DNA of 64,000 nt from Candidatus Marinacidobacterales bacterium (GTDB lineage: Bacteria > Acidobacteriota > Vicinamibacteria > Marinacidobacterales > SMYC01). The notes beneath the pieces are model-generated. The model searched no databases. It was given only the letters and a program-made list of their open reading frames with translations, and was not told where the DNA came from. Position 1 is the stretch's first letter. Each line of letters starts with the position of its first letter. The translations under genes were made by a program, and so were the position numbers. This document shows, in pieces, positions 40,407-51,623 of this stretch. The stretch lies in contig OZ250169.1 in the NCBI GenBank assembly GCA_965237955.1, positions 4,832,001 to 4,896,000 on the forward strand. Direction: 5' to 3'.

Positions 40407-41990
40407 ATGAAACAAAGGTTGTTCCTGTTACTGTCGTTTCTCTACTTCAACGCCCTCTTCACATTCGAGAACATTCCGTCGACGCCGGCGTTGACGCCCG
40501 TCGCCAAGCTGTCGATCGAGGTCGTTGCTCTACTGGGCACGCTTGCGGTCGTCGGGCGTCTCTCGCGCTTCACCAAGGCGACGCTCGCGGTTCTGATTTT
40601 CTTGTTGACGCTCGTCCGCTACGTCGATGTGACGGCGCTCGGTGTCCTTGGCAGGGAGTTCAACCTCCACGGCGACTTCCCGCACGTGCACCGCGTGTTC
40701 GCGATGTTCTGGGAGGTGATGTCGTTGTCCTCCGGACTTCTCGTGCTCGGAGTGGTTGCCTTCGTCAGCGGTGTCGCGCTTACGCTCAATTGGATCGGGC
40801 TCGGCGTGTGGGAGCGTGCGCTCGAGCATCAGCGATTCCAGCGGGTTGTTCTCATTGCTGTTATTGTGCTCGTCGGCGCGTTCTTCGTCACGTCGTCGGG
40901 AACGTTTGCGGTACCGACGAGCGCGATCGTGGCGAAGCAGATACGGAACTTGCGGGCGGGCGAGGCGGAGCAGCGTGCTGTCGCTGAGATCGACTGGCCC
41001 GCCCAAAACGTGGATTCGGATTTCGAGGGTCTCGGCGGCGCGAACGTGTTCCTGATCTTCGTGGAATCCTACGGCGTAACTTTGATCGAGGACGCGCATC
41101 ATTATGATGCGATCGCACCGCGCTACCGGGAGATGGAGCGTCTCTTGAAAAGCGCCGGCTACACCTTCGCTTCCAGTCAGATCCATTCACCGACCTTCGG
41201 CGGCGGGTCGTGGCGCGCCCACGCGACGCTTCTGAGCGGGTTTCATGTGGAATCGGAGCACGTGTACAACGCGCTTTTGGCGTCCGAGCGAAAAACGCTC
41301 GTGTCGGCGCTCTCCGAGCACGGTTACCGCACGGTCGCGGTCGAGCCCGGCATCAAATGGTTCTGGCCCGACGGGGAGTTCTACGGGTTCGATCGCATCT
41401 ACGCATTCGACGATATCGACTACGACGGGCCGCCGATGGGGTGGTGGAAGATCCCGGATCAGTTCACGCTCTATCGTCTCTACAAGAATGAAATCCGGGA
41501 CGCTCGAGCACCGCTCTTTGCCAAGCTCTCGCTCATCATGAGCCACATCCCGTACTTTCCCGTGCCCGAGTACGTGCAGGACTGGTCGCGATTTGACGAC
41601 GACACCGCGTTCGATGCCGGCCTCAAATCCGTGGCCCACGACGCCTACGCCGACCTGCGCGAGCTCTCGACCTGGTACGTCGAAGCGTTTCGGTACGAGC
41701 TCGACGTGGTCGAAGGCTTTCTTTTGTCGTACGTGCCCGAAAACTCCGTGGTCATCGTCGTCGGGGATCACCAGCCGCCCAAGCTCGTCACCCACGATAA
41801 CGACAGTTGGGCGGTGCCCATCCACGTCTTCAGCAAGCGCGAGGAGCTCGTGCGTGCGTTCGAACCGCTGGGATTCGAAGAGGGGCTCGTCCCGCTCACG
41901 CCCACGGCGCTGAGAATGGCGGATTTTCTCGATGGCTTTCTCCAGATCTACGATGGACGTGACGTTCCGCTCGCAACGATGGACCACTAG
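40407..41990 (+). CDS. Membrane-anchored sulfatase/LTA-synthase-like protein
   Basis: N-terminal TMs; IFVESYG, SPTFGGGSWRAHATL, VGDHQP. Confidence 0.82.
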   Translation: MKQRLFLLLSFLYFNALFTFENIPSTPALTPVAKLSIEVVALLGTLAVVGRLSRFTKATLAVLIFLLTLVRYVDVTALGVLGREFNLHGDFPHVHRVFAMFWEVMSLSSGLLVLGVVAFVSGVALTLNWIGLGVWERALEHQRFQRVVLIAVIVLVGAFFVTSSGTFAVPTSAIVAKQIRNLRAGEAEQRAVAEIDWPAQNVDSDFEGLGGANVFLIFVESYGVTLIEDAHHYDAIAPRYREMERLLKSAGYTFASSQIHSPTFGGGSWRAHATLLSGFHVESEHVYNALLASERKTLVSALSEHGYRTVAVEPGIKWFWPDGEFYGFDRIYAFDDIDYDGPPMGWWKIPDQFTLYRLYKNEIRDARAPLFAKLSLIMSHIPYFPVPEYVQDWSRFDDDTAFDAGLKSVAHDAYADLRELSTWYVEAFRYELDVVEGFLLSYVPENSVVIVVGDHQPPKLVTHDNDSWAVPIHVFSKREELVRAFEPLGFEEGLVPLTPTALRMADFLDGFLQIYDGRDVPLATMDH

Positions 41991-41994
41991 CTTC

Positions 41995-42738
41995 ATGAGC
42001 CCTGCCGCAGCCGCCCTCAGACGCCAATGGCGCGCACTCGCTCTAATAGGGTGCGCCGGCATTCTGGCGTTCGGCTTGTCGCAGCCTCGATGGCTCGTCG
42101 GCTCGATGGTTGTGTGGGCGTACTGCCTTTGGCTCTTGTTCCGCGGTCTCGAGGATAACTATCGCGAAGGCGAGGGAGTGCCCCTCGCGAGCTTTGGCTG
42201 GCCTACCCTCGTCACCGTCGTGCGCGGGGCCCTGTTGGCGGTGACCGCGGGCTTTCTCTTTCTCCCGATGCCGCTCGGGGCGCGGGGATTCATGCCTGCG
42301 ATTGCCTATTCACTCGCGTCAGTTCTCGATCACGTGGATGGCCGGTTGGCGCGGGCGCTCGACCGCACGACCCGTCTCGGGGAGAGGCTCGACATGGAGT
42401 TCGACGCGGCGGGGATTCTGATCGCGTCGCTACTCGCCATCCACTACGGGAAGGTCCCATCTTGGTATCTTGCGATTGGTCTTGCGCGTTATGCGTTCGT
42501 TCTCGGGATCGCGTGGCGCCGCCGTCGTTCAAAGATTGGCATCGAGAACGACTGGGAGCTCGACCCGAACCCGCTGAGACGCGTCTTCGCCGGCGTGCAG
42601 ATGGCCTATCTCAGCGTTGCGCTGTGGCCGCCGATCCCGTCGGAGCTGTCGCTCTTCGTGGCTCCGCTCTTCGGGGGCGCCACGCTCGCGATGTTCGCAC
42701 GGGATTGGTGGCGGGTCTCCGCCTGTGGTGGGGAATGA
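41995..42738 (+). CDS. CDP-alcohol phosphatidyltransferase family protein
   Basis: DHVDGRLARALDRTTRLGERLDMEFD signature. Confidence 0.9.
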   Translation: MSPAAAALRRQWRALALIGCAGILAFGLSQPRWLVGSMVVWAYCLWLLFRGLEDNYREGEGVPLASFGWPTLVTVVRGALLAVTAGFLFLPMPLGARGFMPAIAYSLASVLDHVDGRLARALDRTTRLGERLDMEFDAAGILIASLLAIHYGKVPSWYLAIGLARYAFVLGIAWRRRRSKIGIENDWELDPNPLRRVFAGVQMAYLSVALWPPIPSELSLFVAPLFGGATLAMFARDWWRVSACGGE

Positions 42739-42754
42739 AAATGCTGATGAAGCG

Positions 42755-43834
42755 CTAGTCGCACAGCTCCTTCAGCAGGTCTTCGATGCTCGTCATCGAT
42801 TGTTCCCAGGTGGCGTGATGGCTGAATGTCTCGAAGGCGGCAATGCTCAACTCTGCCAACAACGCGCGGTCGCCGATGACGCGCTCCAGCAGGAGCCTCA
42901 AGCTGAACGTGTCGTCCGGCGGCACGAGATAGCCCGTCGATTCGTGCTGCACGATTTCGTCGGATGCACCCGCCGCGCCCGCGATGACGGGAAGTCCGAA
43001 CGCCATCGCTTCTAGGTAGACGATGCCGAATCCTTCGTAGCTCGAAGGAACGACGAGCATCTGAGCTCCCCGGTAGCGGTCCGCGAGACGCTCACCGTCC
43101 AGGGTCCCGTGTAACGAGGTTTTCGACCCGAGCGCGAGGCTTTCGATCTGAGCTCGGATTCTGCGAACGTAGCCTCCATCCATATCGAGACTGCCAACGA
43201 TGTCGAGCTGCCACGGAGCGTCGCGAAGCTCTCCCAACACTTCGAGCAGCACGTGGAGCCGCTTTCGCGGGATGAGGTTGCCGACGAAGAGCAGCCGTAG
43301 CGAACCTTCCGCGCGGGCGCGCTCGTGAATCTCGGCACGCGAGAGGCCGGCTCCAAGCCGGTCGCCGCCAGGCGTCGCCACGACGTTGCGGGTTTTCTTT
43401 TGCAGAAGCGCTTCGACCGATTCTCTCGTGGTGTGGCTGTTGAACACGAACGCGCCGATCGACTCCAGATAGCGTTTCTCCACACGACGATAGAAATCGT
43501 TTTGCCACGGAGAGTGATCCTCGCTCGATCGCAAATGGTGGACGATGGAAACGAGCGGGTATGAGACGGTGCGCCGTAGCCGCTCGTTCACGCGGGCAAG
43601 CGACGGGTGCACGAGCTCGTCGGAAATCAATACGTCGTACTCGGCTCCCGAGAGCGAGCGGCGCAATCCCGGCGAAAAATTCTCCAGCAAATGGCGGGCA
43701 TAGCTCTCGTGAGCCAAAGAAAGGATGTCGACGTCGTGACCGCGACCGCGAAGATGCTCGACAAGCATCCCATCATAAAGATTGCCGCCGGAAACGAGGT
43801 CGAGATCGCCGTAAACGATGAGCCCAACCCTCAC
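42755..43834 (-). CDS. Glycosyltransferase family 4
   Basis: SGGNLYD, FVGNLIPRK, PSSYEGFGIVYLEAM. Confidence 0.9.
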   Translation of the reverse strand: MRVGLIVYGDLDLVSGGNLYDGMLVEHLRGRGHDVDILSLAHESYARHLLENFSPGLRRSLSGAEYDVLISDELVHPSLARVNERLRRTVSYPLVSIVHHLRSSEDHSPWQNDFYRRVEKRYLESIGAFVFNSHTTRESVEALLQKKTRNVVATPGGDRLGAGLSRAEIHERARAEGSLRLLFVGNLIPRKRLHVLLEVLGELRDAPWQLDIVGSLDMDGGYVRRIRAQIESLALGSKTSLHGTLDGERLADRYRGAQMLVVPSSYEGFGIVYLEAMAFGLPVIAGAAGASDEIVQHESTGYLVPPDDTFSLRLLLERVIGDRALLAELSIAAFETFSHHATWEQSMTSIEDLLKELCD

Positions 43835-43916
43835 GACAACGAAGTATACCTGTCCTAGGTCTTTCGGTCAGTGCGGAACAGGCAAATGTGACAGAGAAAT
43901 TCTATAATGCCGAGAC

Positions 43917-44063
43917 ATGAAAGTGTTCGTCGCGTCCGGCTACTACGACATGGCCACGCCGTTTTTCGGCACCGAGTACACCGTCAACCATCTCTATATG
44001 ATGTACATCCACGAGGAATCGATGAGAGACCGGGGCGGAGCGAACGTCCCCGGTGCTCGCTAG
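43917..44063 (+). pseudogene. Collapsed peptidase S10 (serine carboxypeptidase) remnant
   Basis: MKVFVASGYYDMATPFFGTEYTVNHL joined directly to YMMYIHEES; preceded by TATAAT. Confidence 0.7.
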
Positions 44064-44076
44064 AGCGCCATACCTC

Positions 44077-46398
44077 ATGCGGGACGGCATCCCTCAATTC
44101 ATTGGCGCCGAGGTGCGGCGGCGGGAAGACCCTGCGCTCATTACTGGCCGCGGCAAGTTCGTGGCCGACATCGCTCTTGAAGGCGCGGCGACGATGGCCT
44201 TGGTTCGGAGCCCGTACGCGCACGCGAACGTGAACGGCATCGATAGGTCGCAGGCGCTCGCGATGCCCGGTGTTCTCACCGTCTTCACCGCGGAGGACCT
44301 CAACCCCGACGTGGCGAAGCCGTTTCCTTTCATGAAAGGAGTGGATGGCGGGACCCTCGAGGAGGTCTTCGAGCAAGAGCGATTTCCGCTTGCTTCCGAT
44401 CGCGTGCGGCACGTCGGTGACCCTGTCGCCGTCGTGGTGGCGGAGAGCCCATACGTCGCCGCGGATGCGGTGGATGCGGTCCTCGTCGACTACGAGCCAT
44501 TACCCGTCGTCACCGATCCCGAGGCGGCTCTTGCGGAAGGGGCCCCCTTGGTGCACGAAGCGTGTTCGGGGAACCGCGCCTTTGTATGGAGCCTCACCGG
44601 CGGCAACGTCGACGAGGCACTCGAGCGCGCCGACAAGATCGTGGAGCTCCGTGCTTCCATTCAGAGACTCGTTCCCAACGCGATGGAGCCCAGGGCGGTC
44701 GCGGCGGCCTACGATGCAGAGAATGGGTTCACGCTGTGGTCGTCCACACAGATCCCTCACCTACTGCGCGACTTCATTGCGGGGATGGCGGGGATTGATG
44801 CGGAGCGTCTTCGCGTGATTGCTCCCGAGGTGGGCGGCGGCTTCGGTGCCAAGTGCAACGTCTACGGCGAAGATGTCCTTGCGGTTTTGCTTGCGTGGCG
44901 CCTCAGGCGCCCTATCCGTTGGGTGGCGTCGAGAAGCGAAGACTATCTGACGACCTCGCACGGCCGCGATCAAATCGGAGTCATGCGGCTGGGCGCGAGC
45001 GCCGACGGACGCATCCTCGGTGCGGAGCTCTCCTTCACCATGGACTGCGGCGCCTATTTCAGTCGGGTGACGCCGATCATTCCGGCGCTGACCGGCGTGA
45101 TGATGACCGGAGTCTATGATATCCCGCACGTGCGCGCACGCGCCGTCGGCGTGTTCACCAACAAAGTGTGGACCGAGCCCTATCGCGGTGCGGGGCGACC
45201 CGAAGCGGCGTATTTCTTGGAGCGCGCCGTCGACAAGCTCGCCGACGAGCTCGGGCTCGACCCGGTGGAGCTTCGGCAACGGAACTTCATCGCTCCCGAA
45301 AGATTTCCCCACAAGACCGCGACCGGACTCACCTACGACAGCGGCGCCTACGCGGTTGCGCTCGACAAACTCCTCGAGCACATCGACTACAAAGGATTGC
45401 GCGAACAGCAAGCAAAGCGTCGCGAGGCGGGCGGAAAGCCATTCGGTGTCGGGATCGCGTCGTACGTCGAAATCTGCGGCTTCGGTCCATGGGAGCACAG
45501 CACGGTTCGGGTCGCCCCCGACGGCAACGTCACCGTGCTGAGCGGTACGTCGCCTCAGGGACAGGGGCACGCAACGAGCTGGGCGCAGATTGCAGCCGAG
45601 ACGCTTCAAGTGCCTATCGAGAACGTCGAAGTCATCCATGGTGACACCGCAATCGTTCCCAAAGGTATGGGAACCTTCGGGAGTCGCAGCGCTCCTGTCG
45701 GGGGCGCTGCCGTCCTCGAGACCGCCGAAGGGGTTCGAGAAGGAGCGATTGCGATTGCGGCGCATCTACTGGAAGCCGCCGCCCGTGACGTGAGGCTCGA
45801 GGACGGCGCCTTCCATGTCGTCGGGATGCGCTCGCGGTCGCTGAGCTGGCAAGACGTGGCGGCGGCAGGTCACTCCGATGAGCTTCCGGCGGAGCTTCGA
45901 GGCAAGCTCGAGGTGGCGGACGAGTTCAAACCGTCCGGGGACACATTTCCCTTCGGGGCGCATGCGTGCGTGGTCGAGATCGATCCGGACACGGGAGAAA
46001 TTTCTATCCTGCGCTTCGTCACCGTGGACGATTGCGGGAAAGTGATCAATCCACTTCTCGTGCAAGGACAAGTGCACGGCGGGATCGCGCAAGGGATCGG
46101 TCAGGCTCTATGGGAAGGCGCCGTCTATGACGAGTCCGGCAATCTCGTCACCGGCAACCTCATGGAGTATGCGGTGCCGCGTGCGGATTTGTTGCCGTCT
46201 TACGAGACCCACCGTACGGAAACGCCGACGCCTGTGAACGCCCTCGGCGTCAAGGGGATTGGCGAAGCGGCCACCATCGGATCGACACCCGCCGTCGTGA
46301 ACGCGGTCGTGGATGCCCTCTCTCACCTCGGGGTGACACATATCGACACGCCGTTGACGCCGGAGAAAATTCTGAGCTACCTGGTGAGGCGTTCGTAG
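44077..46398 (+). CDS. Xanthine dehydrogenase-family molybdopterin large subunit (form II CoxL-like)
   Basis: VGGGFGAK, PYRGAGRPEA, QGQGH, GTFGSRS, GQVHGGIAQG, KGIGE. Confidence 0.92.
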   Translation: MRDGIPQFIGAEVRRREDPALITGRGKFVADIALEGAATMALVRSPYAHANVNGIDRSQALAMPGVLTVFTAEDLNPDVAKPFPFMKGVDGGTLEEVFEQERFPLASDRVRHVGDPVAVVVAESPYVAADAVDAVLVDYEPLPVVTDPEAALAEGAPLVHEACSGNRAFVWSLTGGNVDEALERADKIVELRASIQRLVPNAMEPRAVAAAYDAENGFTLWSSTQIPHLLRDFIAGMAGIDAERLRVIAPEVGGGFGAKCNVYGEDVLAVLLAWRLRRPIRWVASRSEDYLTTSHGRDQIGVMRLGASADGRILGAELSFTMDCGAYFSRVTPIIPALTGVMMTGVYDIPHVRARAVGVFTNKVWTEPYRGAGRPEAAYFLERAVDKLADELGLDPVELRQRNFIAPERFPHKTATGLTYDSGAYAVALDKLLEHIDYKGLREQQAKRREAGGKPFGVGIASYVEICGFGPWEHSTVRVAPDGNVTVLSGTSPQGQGHATSWAQIAAETLQVPIENVEVIHGDTAIVPKGMGTFGSRSAPVGGAAVLETAEGVREGAIAIAAHLLEAAARDVRLEDGAFHVVGMRSRSLSWQDVAAAGHSDELPAELRGKLEVADEFKPSGDTFPFGAHACVVEIDPDTGEISILRFVTVDDCGKVINPLLVQGQVHGGIAQGIGQALWEGAVYDESGNLVTGNLMEYAVPRADLLPSYETHRTETPTPVNALGVKGIGEAATIGSTPAVVNAVVDALSHLGVTHIDTPLTPEKILSYLVRRS

Positions 46399-48782
46399 CG
46401 GACCCAGTCGGCTTCCGACAATCCACCGTCGAGCTCGAACTTGTAGCGCTTGTTCTTGCCGAGACCGATGATGTCTTTTTCGAACGTCTCGACGTAGAGC
46501 GTGTTGTCGTCGGGCCGCTCGAGGACACGGATCTCTTTGTGGCTCCACGCCCAATCGTGAGCCTCCGACACGTAGCGTACGCCGAGGGTCGTCAGGTTCA
46601 GCTCGCCGCGACAGCTTCGGAAACGATGGTTGTGTCGTGCGGCGAACGTGAGCGGGAGGGTTTCCTCCCAGATGCGATCGGTCGCTTCGATAAGAAGGTC
46701 GGACGCGCCTTCGAACGTCGGGTCCTTCAACAACAGCTCCTCGAGCCACGCCTGGCTCTCCTCGAGCTCACCGCGCTCGAGGGCCATCCTCGCTTGGTAG
46801 AAAAGATCGGCTATCATGGGTGCCTCGATCGTCGGGGGCTTCGGAGGCGGGACGGTGGTGGGCGCAGGCGTCGGTCTCGGTTTGGGTGGTGGTGGCTCGG
46901 CTGTGATCGTGGGGACGGGCTCGGGAGGGGGCGGTGTCATGCCCTCGGATGGTTCGGGCGTTTCGGTGGGCTCATCCGGTTCGGCCACGCCCGCCGGCGT
47001 GGGGCCGATCTCGGATAGCGATGGTGATGAATCCACCGAGCTGGATTGCCGCTCGCCGGTGAGCGCGTGCCCGAAGAAGAGAAGCGCACCGAAGATGAGC
47101 GCGACCGATATCGGAAGCCAGCGATCGCGGTGCGCTTGGACGGTTCGGCGCACGCGTCTCGTGACCACATTGCCGCTCGACTCTTCCTGGCCTTTCCGCG
47201 CGGACTTGAGCGCCGCGGCGACGTCCTCGGCGCTGTCGTAGCGATCGTTGGCGTTTTTCTCTAGACAGCGAAGGATGACGGAGCGGAGCGCGACCGTGAC
47301 CGAAGGATTCCTCTCGTCGGGGGGAATCGGCTCGTCGTTCAGGATGGACTGGGCGATCGCCGCGAACGAGTTGCCGACGAATGGGAGCGTGCCGGTGAGC
47401 ATACGGTATAGCACGACCGCGAACGAGAACAGATCGGTGCGTCGATCGATGGTTCCTCTGGAGAGCTGCTCGGGCGCCATGTAATAGGGGCTTCCGAGGA
47501 CGTCGTCGTCGTTCGTGAGCTTGGAGCCGACGACGTGCGCAATCCCGAAGTCCATGATCTTGCCGCGAAAATCCGGCGTCACGATGATGTTGCCAGGCTT
47601 GATATCGCGGTGGACGATGCCTTGGGAATGCGCGAATGCGAGTCCGTCGAGGACGTCGTGCGCGATCTGAAACGCTCGAGTAAACGATAGTGTCTCGGTC
47701 TCGAGGATCTCGGACAGGGTTTTGCCTTCGATGAACTCCATGACGATGAACGGCGTATCGTCATCGGCATGACCGACGTCGAAGACGGTGACGATGTTCG
47801 GGTGGATGAGCTGCCCCGCCGCGCTCGCCTCCCGATAGAAACGCTCCTTGTACTTCTCTTGGCTCGATTGCGGCAGGTGCACCGCGGTCTGGATGAGCTT
47901 GATGGCGACGATGCGATCGATCGCCGGATCTTGTGCGAGCAGCACCGCACCCATCGATCCTCGACCGAGAACGCGTTGTACTTCGAACCGGCCGAGTTTG
48001 GTCGGTAGTGTGCCGGAAGGGAATAGAGGAGCAGGAGCGCCCTGGTTGGGATCGGGTTCGGTATCAGGGTGGAGCTCCTGGTTTGTGCTGACGTTCAAGA
48101 TGCCGGCGGCGATGAGAGCCTCGAGGCCGTCGAGCGTGTCGTCTCGCGATAGCGTGGACATCTCGAGCACGTCGGACATCGTGAGTCCCGGGTGGAATCG
48201 TTCCTTCAGTAGATCGACGAGAGCGCTGTGCTTGGTCGAAATCGTCGACTCCGCGTAGGGAAGGCCATGCTCCGCGTCCTTCGACCATCGAAGCTCTCCG
48301 CGTAGTTTTCGCTCGGCCCGGCTAAGCGCTTCTGCGGCTACCTCTTCTGGCACAAGGTCCAGGTTGCCGCCGGAGAGCCTGTCGATGTTGTCGGATGCCG
48401 CTTCCTCGAAGCGGTACTCACCCCGGTGCAGCCGAAACAGCGCGTCGACAATCGCGCACGACAGCCTCGACATCTCGAGCTCGAGCGCAGCGGCTGACAG
48501 GATGTCGAGCTCCCCCAACACCGTCGGTAGAGTCTTTCCCGCGTGTTCGGCCGCGACGCGAGCGCGGTGAAGCTCGGACGGCGTCAGCTTCTGCCGGCGC
48601 ACGAGCGTCTCGCCGAGTTGGTCCTTGGTATCGCTCGATTCCGCGGCCACGATGCGGCCGTTTTTGAACGAGACCCGCTTCGTCGAGTCGTCGTCGTCGA
48701 CATAGAGGATGCCCGAAGCCGCACGAGCTTGAAGCTCGCGAAAGGCCGCCGACAGACTCTCGGGACTCAGCGTTCCTTGCAT
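46377..48782 (-). CDS. Ser/Thr protein kinase with N-terminal DUF4388 domain, TM helix, Pro-rich linker and extracellular domain
   Basis: MQGTLSPESL...SGILYV; GRGSMG, VAIK, HRDIKPGN, DFG, APE. Confidence 0.9.
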   Translation of the reverse strand: MQGTLSPESLSAAFRELQARAASGILYVDDDDSTKRVSFKNGRIVAAESSDTKDQLGETLVRRQKLTPSELHRARVAAEHAGKTLPTVLGELDILSAAALELEMSRLSCAIVDALFRLHRGEYRFEEAASDNIDRLSGGNLDLVPEEVAAEALSRAERKLRGELRWSKDAEHGLPYAESTISTKHSALVDLLKERFHPGLTMSDVLEMSTLSRDDTLDGLEALIAAGILNVSTNQELHPDTEPDPNQGAPAPLFPSGTLPTKLGRFEVQRVLGRGSMGAVLLAQDPAIDRIVAIKLIQTAVHLPQSSQEKYKERFYREASAAGQLIHPNIVTVFDVGHADDDTPFIVMEFIEGKTLSEILETETLSFTRAFQIAHDVLDGLAFAHSQGIVHRDIKPGNIIVTPDFRGKIMDFGIAHVVGSKLTNDDDVLGSPYYMAPEQLSRGTIDRRTDLFSFAVVLYRMLTGTLPFVGNSFAAIAQSILNDEPIPPDERNPSVTVALRSVILRCLEKNANDRYDSAEDVAAALKSARKGQEESSGNVVTRRVRRTVQAHRDRWLPISVALIFGALLFFGHALTGERQSSSVDSSPSLSEIGPTPAGVAEPDEPTETPEPSEGMTPPPPEPVPTITAEPPPPKPRPTPAPTTVPPPKPPTIEAPMIADLFYQARMALERGELEESQAWLEELLLKDPTFEGASDLLIEATDRIWEETLPLTFAARHNHRFRSCRGELNLTTLGVRYVSEAHDWAWSHKEIRVLERPDDNTLYVETFEKDIIGLGKNKRYKFELDGGLSEADWVRYERLTR

Positions 48783-48976
48783 CGCGTGCTAGTTGATTCC
48801 GAACCAATCTCCGGCGTTCCCGGTGCAAGAAGGCACGGCAAACGAACGCCCGCAAAGGGGGTTTGCGATCGCTCTTATTCTGTTTTGGGCAAAAACCTAC
48901 TTCAAATTTACGTGGATTTCCGCCGGCCGTCAACTGCCCCTTTAAAAACAGGGGGATAGAGGGATTCACAGGGCGC

Positions 48977-50521
48977 CTATTCCGGTAAATAGAGCTCCGC
49001 GCCCGGGCCCACGGGGAGCCCCAACAATATAAAGACGGTCAATAGCAGGGACCAGACGATCGTGAAAACGAGTGTATAGGGGAGCATCAACGCAATCACC
49101 GAGCCGATCCCGGCTTTGGGGTCGTATTTCGCGACGAAGGCGACGATGAGGGCGAAGTAGGACATCATCGGGGCGATGATGTTCGTCACCGAATCGCCGA
49201 TGCGATAGGACGCTTGCACGAACTCCGGCGTATAGCCGAGGAGCATGAACATCGGGATGAAGATAGGCGCCATGATGGCCCACTTCGCCGACGCGCTCCC
49301 CATGAACAGATTGATGAACATGGACAGCAGGATGAAGCTCAACATGAGAAAGATGGGACCGAAACCCAGCGCCTGGAGGCTCTCGGCGCCCTTCACCGCG
49401 AAGATGTAGCCGAGATTGGTCCAGTTGAAATAAGCGACGAATTGAGCGGCAAAAAAGACGAGCACGGTGTAGGTGCCGAGCGTCGATATGGCCGTGCCCA
49501 TGCCTTCCACGACTTGAGTGTCGTTTTTGATCGTTCCCGCGCCTCTCCCGTAGGCGACGCTTACCACGACCGCTCCTAGAAAAATGAACGCGACGATGGC
49601 GCTGAGAAACGGAGAGCGAAGAAGGCCGCCGGTCTCCGGGTTGCGCAAAAAGCCCGCTCCTGGAATGAGCTCCCACGTCGTCGGCACCGTGCCCCAAAGC
49701 AAGAACACAGCGAACGCGACCGCTGCCACGAGCGCGTACTTGAGCCCGCGCTCTTCTTGTTTCGTGAGCGTCGTCATCCCTTCGTCGACTTCGACTTCAC
49801 CTTTATAGGTACCCAATCTCGGCTGAACGATCTTTTCGGTCACCCACGTACCCGCGCCCGCGATGAAAAACGTCGACGTTGCCATGAAGTAATAGTTCGC
49901 TGCGGCGTTGACGGTGTACTCCGGGTCCACGAGCTGGGCGGCCTCTTCCGAGATGCCGGACAACAACGGATCGACGGTTCCGAGCAGGAGGTTGGCGCTG
50001 TAGCCGCCGGAAACACCCGCGAACGCGGCCGCGAGTCCGACGAGCGGATGCCTGCCCGCGGAATAGAAAATGATCGCCGCGAGTGGCACGAGGAGGACGT
50101 AGCCGATCTCGCTCGCCATGTTCGAGAGGACACCGGCGAGGACGATGGCGAACGTCAGGAGTCGCGGCGGCGCGGAGAGCACGAGTTTCTTCAGAGCGGC
50201 GCCGATGAGGCCACTCGACTCCGCGAGCCCGATCCCGAGCATCGATACGAAGACCGTGCCGAGCGGGGCGAAGCCCGTGAAGTTCGTGACCATCTGTGTG
50301 AGCATCCGGTGGAGCCCTTCGAGAGTGAGAAGGCTCACGGGCTCGATGGTCTCGCCCGTCGAAGGGTGGGTGACCGATAGCTCGAGGCTCGCGAAGATGC
50401 CCGACAACACCACGACGGCGAGCGCCATGATCGCGAACAGGCTCGCCGGGTGTGGGAGGAAGTTACCGACCCGTTCCACGACGTCGAGAAACCGAATGAA
50501 CAGCGATGAAGGTTTCTTCAT
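48977..50521 (-). CDS. AbgT family transporter
   Basis: [34 protein letters not shown]. Confidence 0.95.
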   Translation of the reverse strand: MKKPSSLFIRFLDVVERVGNFLPHPASLFAIMALAVVVLSGIFASLELSVTHPSTGETIEPVSLLTLEGLHRMLTQMVTNFTGFAPLGTVFVSMLGIGLAESSGLIGAALKKLVLSAPPRLLTFAIVLAGVLSNMASEIGYVLLVPLAAIIFYSAGRHPLVGLAAAFAGVSGGYSANLLLGTVDPLLSGISEEAAQLVDPEYTVNAAANYYFMATSTFFIAGAGTWVTEKIVQPRLGTYKGEVEVDEGMTTLTKQEERGLKYALVAAVAFAVFLLWGTVPTTWELIPGAGFLRNPETGGLLRSPFLSAIVAFIFLGAVVVSVAYGRGAGTIKNDTQVVEGMGTAISTLGTYTVLVFFAAQFVAYFNWTNLGYIFAVKGAESLQALGFGPIFLMLSFILLSMFINLFMGSASAKWAIMAPIFIPMFMLLGYTPEFVQASYRIGDSVTNIIAPMMSYFALIVAFVAKYDPKAGIGSVIALMLPYTLVFTIVWSLLLTVFILLGLPVGPGAELYLPE

Positions 50522-51531
50522 GAGCTATACCGCTTCTTGATGTTGGGGATGAGGTAATCGTTGAAGGCACGGTCCTGGTCGTAATCGGGCTGCCACTTCC
50601 AATCTTGTGAGGCCGCGGTGTCGTCGAGATCGGCGGGCCAGGTTTCGACGATGGCTTGTCGTTTCATGTCGGGCTCGAAGTCGATGCTCGCATCGGGAAA
50701 CGCGGCGACGACGAGGTCGCGGATCTCCGCCGCGGACAGAGAGAAGCTGGTGACGTTGTACACGAGCTGCGACAATGATTCTTTGGGCGCCGCCGCGAGG
50801 TGTACGAGCGCGTTGGTGGCATCCGGCATCGCCATGAACGGAATGCGCACGTGCGACTCGACGAAACAGCGATACGGCTTGCCTTGCGCCGCCGCATGGA
50901 GCATCTCGGAGGCGTAGTCGCTCGTTCCGCCGCTAGGCACGGTGACGGCGCTGATGAGTCCGGGAAAGCGGAGGCTGCGGAAGTCGATCATCACCGGCTC
51001 TTCCGCCGACAGCTGCTTGTAGTGATGGCTCAGATAGCGGCCGAGAAGCTCGCAGTAGCGTTTGTTGCAGCCGTACATCGTCGTCGGGTTGGTCCACTCC
51101 CATTCGCGCACGCGGGAGTAGCGCCCTTTTGCTTCCGGCGTCGGCAAGCCGTAGACCGCGATGGAGCTCGGAAAGATAAACTGCACCGGGCGCCCGAGCC
51201 ATTGCGACTGCTCTGACGCGAGCCGTAGCAGCGTGAGGGTTCCCTCGACGTTGACGCGGTGCGCGGTCTCGGGAGTGTACTCGGAGCGCGTCGATAGAAG
51301 TGCGGCTAAATGAAACATGGTCTCGATCTCGTACTCGGCGACGAGCCGAGCGAGCAAGCTCTCGTCGAGGATGTCGCCTTGGATGTGCGTGTGGTCGGAG
51401 GACAGCTCGTAGGAAAGAGGAGTGAGATCGAGGGTCAGGAGGTAGCGCTCGCCGGAATCCGCGAGCCGTTGGACGAGGGATGTTCCGACTTCACCGGCCG
51501 CGCCGGTGACCAGCGTGACTTTCTTGCGCAT
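50518..51531 (-). CDS. NAD-dependent epimerase/dehydratase (SDR-type L-threonine 3-dehydrogenase-like)
   Basis: [34 protein letters not shown]. Confidence 0.85.
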   Translation of the reverse strand: MRKKVTLVTGAAGEVGTSLVQRLADSGERYLLTLDLTPLSYELSSDHTHIQGDILDESLLARLVAEYEIETMFHLAALLSTRSEYTPETAHRVNVEGTLTLLRLASEQSQWLGRPVQFIFPSSIAVYGLPTPEAKGRYSRVREWEWTNPTTMYGCNKRYCELLGRYLSHHYKQLSAEEPVMIDFRSLRFPGLISAVTVPSGGTSDYASEMLHAAAQGKPYRCFVESHVRIPFMAMPDATNALVHLAAAPKESLSQLVYNVTSFSLSAAEIRDLVVAAFPDASIDFEPDMKRQAIVETWPADLDDTAASQDWKWQPDYDQDRAFNDYLIPNIKKRYSS

Positions 51532-51623
51532 TGATCGTGCATAGTATCGCAGCCAATCAGCCATCGGCCTTGCTCCTTATGCGGCGTCATCCTAAGATTG
51601 GTGCGCTCATGTTTCTCGCAGGC

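Noticed and set aside
44077-46398. Aerobic CO dehydrogenase form I
   Set aside because: Active-site loop is YRGAGR and no coxMS/DEFG genes are adjacent
46820-47030. G-rich low-complexity stretch
   Set aside because: Encodes the Pro/Thr/Glu linker of the minus-strand kinase
48937-48954. CCCCT-N8-AGGGG hairpin as abgT terminator
   Set aside because: Short stem with no U-tract on the minus strand
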